Both the position numbers and the translations under genes were made by a program. DNA of 43,635 nt from a virus (lineage: Duplodnaviria; Caudoviricetes): IMG/VR virus record IMGVR_UViG_3300038809_000010, positions 1 through 43,635 of that record; one strand, 5' to 3'. Below are positions 38,322-43,635 of this stretch, in pieces; the stretch's first letter is position 1; each line of letters opens with the position of its first letter. The notes beneath the pieces were generated by a model. That model was not told the origin of the DNA. It saw only the letters and a list, made by a program, of their open reading frames with translations, and made no database searches.

Positions 38322-39143
38322 TTAAGCTTTAAATTTACCGATGAAGGATTCGACTTCAACGCCATCGAATTTATTGATCAGCAGGTCACGGAATTCAGCG
38401 GCAATTTCTTCCTCCGCTGTTTCCAGCTGAACAATTCGCAGCACCAAGATCGGCTTGTCGCTGGTGATAATGCTGTAGCGCAATTTGAAGGGGCGTTCGC
38501 CCAGGCCTTCATAAGGTACGCATTTGAATTCGAAGGCCGCCGGCATAACGTCTTTGCTCTTGGCTTCAACGCTTTCCATCAGCGAGCGTTTGCCACTGAA
38601 ATCGTTCTCTTCATGATCGGAGGTTGAGATTGACTCAATGGTGATGCGGCGAACGGCGCCAACAGCCTGCTTGATATCCAGCACAGTGCCGTCAGCATCA
38701 AAGGCCAGCAGGAAATCACGGTTATCTTCCAGCCATTCAGCCAGTTCTTTCTGGCCCTGTTTGCGGCCGTTGATATCGAGCAGGCCAGTGAATGGTGCTG
38801 TTTTCTTCAGGGTAATGGCCGCTTTGTTGTCGGCATGGCCTGGGTTGTCCAGGGTACCCAGATTGAAGATGGTTTCGGCCTGCATGCGATCCGCATCGAT
38901 GAAACAGCGGACGCCGGAGCCAGCGTAGTCTGAAGAGTATTTTACAAAGTCATCAATACTGGTAGTAGCCATGTTGCCGCGGAAGCGAAAGCGGTTTGCG
39001 TTGAAATGCTCCAGGCTGTGCAGAGAAAAATCATCTGGCAATACAGCTACAGGGCAATCAGTGGTTTCAACTTTATGAAGGAAAGAAGCCGCGAGGGAGA
39101 GGCTTTGGATTTTTTCGATGGCAGAGCCGTCTAATTGAGACAT
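38322..39143 (-). CDS. yfdQ: DUF2303/YfdQ-family protein
   Basis: RFRFRG, FNLGT..PGHAD, Q..LAEWLED, CVPYEGL. Confidence 0.85.
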   Translation of the reverse strand: MSQLDGSAIEKIQSLSLAASFLHKVETTDCPVAVLPDDFSLHSLEHFNANRFRFRGNMATTSIDDFVKYSSDYAGSGVRCFIDADRMQAETIFNLGTLDNPGHADNKAAITLKKTAPFTGLLDINGRKQGQKELAEWLEDNRDFLLAFDADGTVLDIKQAVGAVRRITIESISTSDHEENDFSGKRSLMESVEAKSKDVMPAAFEFKCVPYEGLGERPFKLRYSIITSDKPILVLRIVQLETAEEEIAAEFRDLLINKFDGVEVESFIGKFKA

Positions 39144-39195
39144 AAATATAATCCTATATATTAAAGATAACTATGTTGATTAATATGTCGCAGTA

Positions 39196-39567
39196 TTACT
39201 GAGCGACGCGCAATTTACCGTCTGTCTTTCCGTCGACAGTAAATAACTGGCCTTGGTCTTCTTGCAGGATTGTTAACTTGCCACCTTTGCCAACGTACAT
39301 TGGTGTTTCGGTGGTGTCTTCTTCTGAAACTTTCCCGCGCGGGGTAGGGGTAACAAATTTAAGCTGATGCTTAATACCGACACGTTTCTCTTCGACTGAA
39401 TTGCTTAAGCGGTCAAGGTCAAGGGTGATAACGAGTTTTCCCTTACCGCCATTATTAAGAACACCCAGCGCCGTAGCGTTTAAAGCTGCTGAGATTTTAT
39501 TCATAAACACACCGGCATCCAGTTCGCCCAGAAAGTCCGGTACGTTGGTCTTGCGGTCTTCACTCAT
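39196..39567 (-). CDS. yfdP: YfdP-like protein
   Basis: TNVPDFLGELDAGVF, PTPRGK.SEEDTTETPMYV; GAGGAG SD before MSEDRK. Confidence 0.8.
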   Translation of the reverse strand: MSEDRKTNVPDFLGELDAGVFMNKISAALNATALGVLNNGGKGKLVITLDLDRLSNSVEEKRVGIKHQLKFVTPTPRGKVSEEDTTETPMYVGKGGKLTILQEDQGQLFTVDGKTDGKLRVAQ

Positions 39568-39610
39568 TGAATACTCCTCACACGAAGCGGCGAACGCCGC
39601 GGTTTTCTCC

Positions 39611-39693
39611 ACACACCTGGTAGCGCACCGGTACAGGGTTTTTATACTGTGCAAATAGAAAAATTGATCTGCCCAGTGCGCTACCTGATGTGT
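39611..39693 (-). ncRNA. Long stem-loop upstream of yfdP (RNase III-type)
   Basis: acacacctggtagcgcac / gtgcgctacctgatgtgt inverted repeat. Confidence 0.55.
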
Positions 39694-39775
39694 AAAAAAG
39701 GGCGGCCAGCCTACGAACATTATCTTCACCTCCGAGGGGTAGAAGCTCGGCGTGGCCGCCAAAGACTACACACAG
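39694..39775 (-). ncRNA. DicF-like hairpin/terminator RNA
   Basis: Minus strand TTTGGCGGCC...GGCCGCCCTTTTTT, same stem ends as DicF with a different loop. Confidence 0.5.
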
Positions 39776-39785
39776 CACTTACTTG

Positions 39786-39917
39786 GTTGTGACACCAGGG
39801 CGCTACCCCTGCTTATTTCCGGCCGCTCAGTTCGCTGTATTGGCGGTATGGTGGCCGCACAGCCGATTTCCGGTCTTCCTCCCGCCTGCGGTGCAGTGCG
39901 CTTGCACACATCACAAC
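39786..39917 (-). ncRNA. C4-antisense-like structured RNA
   Basis: GTTGTGATG/TGTCACAAC closing stem, GTGCA-AGCGCAC-TGCAC hairpin, 3' CAGG-GGTAGCGC-CCTG T-arm-like hairpin. Confidence 0.55.
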
Positions 39918-40043
39918 GTAAAGAGCACTACCGGTGTCCGAATCGAACGGACCTTTTCGTTGCCCATCGCCTAACGTTCTGGTCTAGGTGGCGTGAATTG
40001 AACTCGCCGTTATGCCTTGCTCGTCATTGCTCTTTACGTTGTG
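39912..40043 (-). ncRNA. 16-bp stem enclosing two T-arm-like hairpins
   Basis: cacaacgtaaagagca/tgctctttacgttgtg perfect; loops TTCGATT and TTCAATT. Confidence 0.55.
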
Positions 40044-40211
40044 TGCTCCGTAACGTGGAGCGGACGGGCGATGTTTAAGCCTCACGGGGCATTCTTTAAC
40101 CGGGATTACGCCGTCAACCGGTTTCACTGCCGTGACAGGGAGGGTTACTTGCCGTTCACCTTCTCCAAAACACACCGGCTGACTCCGGGCGGCCCGTTTT
40201 GAACCTAAATT

Positions 40212-40293
40212 CACAACGGCATGCTCACTCATGAGTTAGGATCCTCCACCGCTCCCAGAATTAAGGGAAAGGGCGAGTGAGCATGCCGTTGTG
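40212..40293 (-). ncRNA. 19-bp perfect stem with 44-nt loop
   Basis: cacaacggcatgctcactc (40212-40230) / gagtgagcatgccgttgtg (40275-40293). Confidence 0.6.
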
Positions 40294-40312
40294 CGCCCCG
40301 CAGGGCGCGGTA

Positions 40313-40468
40313 TTACTTTTTGTTTTTCAAAATTGGCCAGGCTATGGCCATGATCCCGGCAACCAGCACCCCATCAGCAACCATCGACATCAGGCGGCTG
40401 GTGAAGTCGACGGCAACGACCAGAAACAACAGCAGGCCGATGCCAACCCACCGCAATTTGGTAATCAC
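40313..40468 (-). CDS. tciB: DUF3927/TciB-like small membrane protein (51 aa, not in ORF track)
   Basis: MITKLRWVGIGLLLFLVVAVDFTSRLMSMVADGVLVAG...; GTG overlaps tciA stop. Confidence 0.7.
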   Translation of the reverse strand: MITKLRWVGIGLLLFLVVAVDFTSRLMSMVADGVLVAGIMAIAWPILKNKK

Positions 40469-40890
40469 AGGTACTGATCCAGAGACAGCTGCAGGGCCTG
40501 AGCAATTTTCTTCAGCTGCTTTTCTTCTTCATCACCGATGCCATCGTTATCGGCGACATCCAGACACAGACACAGAACGTCGACGGCATCAGGGGTACCA
40601 GCCACATCTTCCAACTCACGAAGCGCCTGAGCGTTTGCACTGCGCGGTGACGCTTCATAACGAGCACGGATATTGCTGCTCATCTGGGCAATCTCACCGG
40701 CGAACGGGGCGAAAGCCGGCAGGGCGCTGATGGTTTTCTCCAACACCGAAATTTCTTTCGCGTCACAGGTGCCATCGGCATAGGCGATCGAGTAGGCGCC
40801 CCATACAGTTGCCTCAACGGCATCGCGGTTTTCCATTTTCTTGACTTCAACAACCGCTTTGCGGGCTTTCTTCTTGAAAATACCGAACAT
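40465..40890 (-). CDS. tciA: TerB-family protein, P1 TciA-like
   Basis: MFGIFKKK...MENRDAVEATVWGAYSIAYADG...CLDVADNDGIG. Confidence 0.8.
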   Translation of the reverse strand: MFGIFKKKARKAVVEVKKMENRDAVEATVWGAYSIAYADGTCDAKEISVLEKTISALPAFAPFAGEIAQMSSNIRARYEASPRSANAQALRELEDVAGTPDAVDVLCLCLDVADNDGIGDEEEKQLKKIAQALQLSLDQYL

Positions 40891-40951
40891 GTGAATTCCT
40901 CTTTGACTGAAAATTGAACCTATTAAGTGCCTGACTAAATATCACTGCTTA

Positions 40952-41013
40952 GCGAATCATCCCGATCTTCATGCGCCTCGGGCAGCTACTTCGTGGGCGT
41001 CCTACCTGTTCGC
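40952..41013 (-). ncRNA. PL 5' leader structured RNA
   Basis: GCGAA...TTCGC closing stem with internal CCCGA/TCGGG stem, right after PL. Confidence 0.4.
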
Positions 41014-41027
41014 TGTTGATGGGATAA

Positions 41028-41069
41028 ATCATGCTACTTAAAGTAGAATAAATCAACTACCAAAAGTAG
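41028..41069 (-). promoter_or_regulatory. PL with two operators (CTAC-N5-GTAG at 41034-41046 and 41057-41069)
   Basis: TTGATT-N17-CATGAT on minus strand overlapping palindromes. Confidence 0.75.
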
Positions 41070-41122
41070 AAAATATCAATGAGCTTTGACGATGCGGGGA
41101 TATGTTCATGATTTATAGGTGT

Positions 41123-41146
41123 AAAAAAACCGGCTATTGCCGGTTT
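41123..41146 (-). terminator. cI terminator
   Basis: Minus strand aaaccggc-aata-gccggttttttt. Confidence 0.8.
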
Positions 41147-41163
41147 ATAAAGAGAGGGATGGT

Positions 41164-41847
41164 TTAAGCAAAGTCATTGAACTTTAGAGGTAGGTGTTTG
41201 ATTAATTTACCAAAAATATAAAGATCATTCATTTCATGAGGTTCTATGTAAAAGGGCGGGTATTTATCATTGTCAGATAGGACCGCTAATTTACGCCCTT
41301 TGACTTTTTGTAATCGCTTTACAAACGTAGAGTCCTCAAAATTGAAGACGTAAACCCCATCACCATTAAAGTGGTCAATTTTGGTATCAATGAAAAGTAG
41401 ATCCTTGGGACAAAGCGTTGGCATCATGCTGTCCCCATCAACGTTGATCAGTTGAACTCCTTCAAGCGATTTCCTTCCGAAAAGCTCGTAAACCTTAGAT
41501 TCTGGAAACTCAATGGAGCTGACGATCGCCGGAAACTCATTGTTTATATAACCGTTTCCTGCTGATGCAAAAACCTCTAATTGGGTAAGTCTCACCTGGC
41601 TCCCCGATGATTGTTCTGGTGCTTGTGCTGCAGCGCCGTACTCCAAGTAAGAGGCCGTCGTATCAAGCGCCTTAGCTAACTTTTCCAGGATCGCTGGTCG
41701 TGGCTTAGCCGCACCTAGCGTATACCGCCGCGCCATTTCATAAGTAACACCAGCTTTCTGGGAAAGCTCAGTCACGCCTATGTTTTTTCCTCTCATCAAG
41801 GAAAACAAGCGTTCAGAGAAGCCTTTGTATTTCAGATTTTCTACCAT
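41164..41847 (-). CDS. cI: CI-like repressor (HTH + S24 autopeptidase)
   Basis: HTH, ASAG cleavage motif, GDSM, FVKRL; start MVEN chosen, probably leaderless. Confidence 0.92.
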   Translation of the reverse strand: MVENLKYKGFSERLFSLMRGKNIGVTELSQKAGVTYEMARRYTLGAAKPRPAILEKLAKALDTTASYLEYGAAAQAPEQSSGSQVRLTQLEVFASAGNGYINNEFPAIVSSIEFPESKVYELFGRKSLEGVQLINVDGDSMMPTLCPKDLLFIDTKIDHFNGDGVYVFNFEDSTFVKRLQKVKGRKLAVLSDNDKYPPFYIEPHEMNDLYIFGKLIKHLPLKFNDFA

Positions 41848-41927
41848 AGGTAGAAGATTACAGTCCATCCAAAGAGTAGTCATTTCTATTTTGAGTAGTT
41901 GATTTATTCTACTTTAAGTAGCATTAT
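41841..41927 (+). promoter_or_regulatory. OR operators (41841-41853, 41886-41898, 41909-41921) and PR
   Basis: CTA[C/T]-N5-GTAG palindromes; TTGATT-N17-CATTAT. Confidence 0.75.
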
Positions 41928-41955
41928 TCCTATGACCATCTCATAGGAGTCCTAA

Positions 41956-42216
41956 ATGACAACCCCAAACATCACCGAGCAAGCCGTAAAGGCTGCTGGA
42001 CCATCACTTTCTGAGGTCGCACGTCAATTCGGTTTCAAGTCCCCGCAGTCAGTAGCGAACTGGATCATCAATCAGCAGGTTCCTTCTGAACGAGTAATTC
42101 ATCTCTGCTCTCTGGGGAATTGGCTCTTCACGCCACACCAGTTGAGGCCAGATATCTACCCGAACCCGAAAGATGGTCTGCCATCCCCAAATAATAGTGA
42201 AATGACCAACCGTTAG
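41956..42216 (+). CDS. cro: Cro-like (YdaS-family) regulator
   Basis: HTH, PHQLRPDIY; divergent from cI; AGGAG SD. Confidence 0.85.
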   Translation: MTTPNITEQAVKAAGPSLSEVARQFGFKSPQSVANWIINQQVPSERVIHLCSLGNWLFTPHQLRPDIYPNPKDGLPSPNNSEMTNR

Positions 42217-42238
42217 TAACTACCAAAGGAAAAACAAC

Positions 42239-42712
42239 ATGGTAGAGCCAAATTTGAAAGATGTAGTGAAGGGCATGTGTAAAGCGGTAGCTGGTGGCCG
42301 ATCGGCGATGGCCGGCGCACTTGGTATGTCTGAGACGGCTTTTAACAACAACCTGTACGAGAAGAACGGCTGCCGTTTCTTCGAGATCGGGGAGTTGGAA
42401 GCAATGGAGGATATTTCCGGCACCAACCTGCTGACCGAATATTTCGCGCGGCGCCGCGGTTTGCTGGTGGTGGAGATCCCAGCTCTGGAAGAACTGGACC
42501 AGGTGGAGTTGTTCAGCAAAAGCATCCGCACCGCCGCGCACCGTGGCCATGTTGATCAGATTATTCAGACGTCACTTGCTGATGGAGTCATTGATGAGAA
42601 AGAAGCTGCCGAGATCATGCGTTATCACCGCAAGCATCTGCAGGCGCGTGATGCAGAGGTTAGGGCTGTGCTGGCGCTGTTTGGCAAAAAAGCCAAATGT
42701 CAGAAAGGTTGA
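42239..42712 (+). CDS. ymfL: YmfL-family regulator (CII position)
   Basis: GGRSAMAGALGMS..AFNNNLYEKNGCRFF, DGVID..E. Confidence 0.8.
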   Translation: MVEPNLKDVVKGMCKAVAGGRSAMAGALGMSETAFNNNLYEKNGCRFFEIGELEAMEDISGTNLLTEYFARRRGLLVVEIPALEELDQVELFSKSIRTAAHRGHVDQIIQTSLADGVIDEKEAAEIMRYHRKHLQARDAEVRAVLALFGKKAKCQKG

Positions 42713-42777
42713 CGCCCAGAGGTTGCAGCCGCTGGGCGTCGAGGTGCGAGTAAATCAGTGTGTGGAGAAATAATCGC

Positions 42778-42966
42778 ATGAGCAATTTAACCAGAAATTC
42801 AATGGTGCCGCAAATCCGCTGCCGTGCAATGACTGGCGGTAAATCTGCGTCGCCGTTCCGGTATGAAGTAAATGTAATGGGTCGGTGGATTGCCAGCAAC
42901 TACCAGTTTGCGCGCTGGGTGGTAGATGGCGGCAAGTGGCTGGCGCGTGAGCGGGAGGATGTATGA
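42778..42966 (+). CDS. Small hypothetical phage protein
   Basis: GGAG SD; ATGA overlap with ant. Confidence 0.65.
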   Translation: MSNLTRNSMVPQIRCRAMTGGKSASPFRYEVNVMGRWIASNYQFARWVVDGGKWLAREREDV

Positions 42967-43635
42967 ATACCATGATCACTTCGGCAAATAGAACCATGAG
43001 CAGCCGCGAAATCGCTCAGTTGGTTGAGTCCCGCCATTCTGACGTCTGCACCACCATTGACCGTTTGGTGAAACGTGGCGCGATATCGGGGTATGCGGCA
43101 ATGCCGTACACCCACCCCCAGAACGGTCGACAGTACAGCGAGTACCAGGTGAACAAGCGTGACAGCTACGTTGTGGTTGCCCAGTTATCACCTGAGTTTA
43201 CAGCCCGTTTGGTCGACCGGTGGCAAGAGCTGGAAAACCAGACCTCTGTCCCACAATCACTTCCTGAGGCATTACGCCTGGCTGCCGACATGGCCGAGCA
43301 GAATGCAGCCCTAGAGCAGAAGGTGCAGGCTGACGCGCCGAAAGTGGCCTTTGTCGATCACTACGTTGATGCCAGCGGCGCCAAGAGCCTGCGTGAGACA
43401 GCCAAAATCCTGAACATGCCAGAAAAGGCGATGATTGATGCGCTTGTACGGGACAAAGTTTTGTTTCGCTTATCTGGCAACCTTCTACCGCATGCCCTCC
43501 GCCAGCGTGATGGTCTTTTCACGGTTAAAACCGGCAAATCAGATTTTGGTCATGCTTTCACTCAAACCCGGGTAACGCCACGCGGCATCCAGTGGATCGC
43601 TGAGCGTTACGCCTCTGAGCTGATGGTGGGCTGAT
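42831..43635 (+). repeat. Imperfect direct repeat of 1-811 (allele B)
   Basis: Identical 54-bp start and 55-bp end; divergent interior. Confidence 0.95.
42963..43634 (+). CDS. ant: Phage antirepressor-like protein, Rha + KilA-C (allele B)
   Basis: TMSSREIA, HPQNGRQY, FTARLVDRWQELE; C-terminal half close to 133-810. Confidence 0.85.
   Translation: MNTMITSANRTMSSREIAQLVESRHSDVCTTIDRLVKRGAISGYAAMPYTHPQNGRQYSEYQVNKRDSYVVVAQLSPEFTARLVDRWQELENQTSVPQSLPEALRLAADMAEQNAALEQKVQADAPKVAFVDHYVDASGAKSLRETAKILNMPEKAMIDALVRDKVLFRLSGNLLPHALRQRDGLFTVKTGKSDFGHAFTQTRVTPRGIQWIAERYASELMVG

Noticed and set aside
39632-39652. LexA box in cagggtttttatactg
   Set aside because: Half-sites are CAG...CTG, the reverse of CTG-N10-CAG; better explained as a small hairpin
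39930-40010. tRNA genes suggested by GTTCGATTC / GTTCAATTC
   Set aside because: Only T-arms; no acceptor stem, D arm or anticodon arm can be built
39786-40293. CRISPR-like array from recurring CACAAC/GTTGTG
   Set aside because: Repeats are 6-7 bp, alternate in orientation, have irregular spacing, and no cas genes are present
40952-41013. Calling the PL leader an HK022 put element
   Set aside because: I see no primary sequence match to putL as I recall it; kept only as a functional hypothesis

Overview
The window is an essentially complete, circularly permuted ~42.8 kb temperate enterobacterial phage genome; no host genes are visible. Order: antirepressor, replication initiator with internal iterons, two solitary DNA methyltransferases, DUF968, Q, pR', lysis cassette (dual-start holin, SAR endolysin, Rz/Rz1), GrlR-like moron, lambda-type cos/terminase/portal/capsid, Mu-type contractile tail and baseplate, glycine-rich fibre, AT-rich acyltransferase on the opposite strand, SGNH-esterase tailspike, attP-like region, int/xis, early-left accessory genes (yfdPQR-like, tciA/tciB-like), cI/cro/ymfL, and a second, divergent antirepressor allele. 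The most notable items are: (1) a ~700 nt chain of structured RNA modules in the early-left transcript, delimited by alternating CACAAC/GTTGTG hexamers (C4-like, twin T-loop, GNRA-rich, DicF-like); (2) an acyltransferase next to a putative deacetylase tailspike; (3) two divergent antirepressor alleles at the window ends; (4) an unannotated 35-aa membrane peptide inside the lysis cassette; (5) identical 30-bp PL/PR cores as inverted repeats around cI. All family calls come from recalled motifs and synteny, not from database searches.
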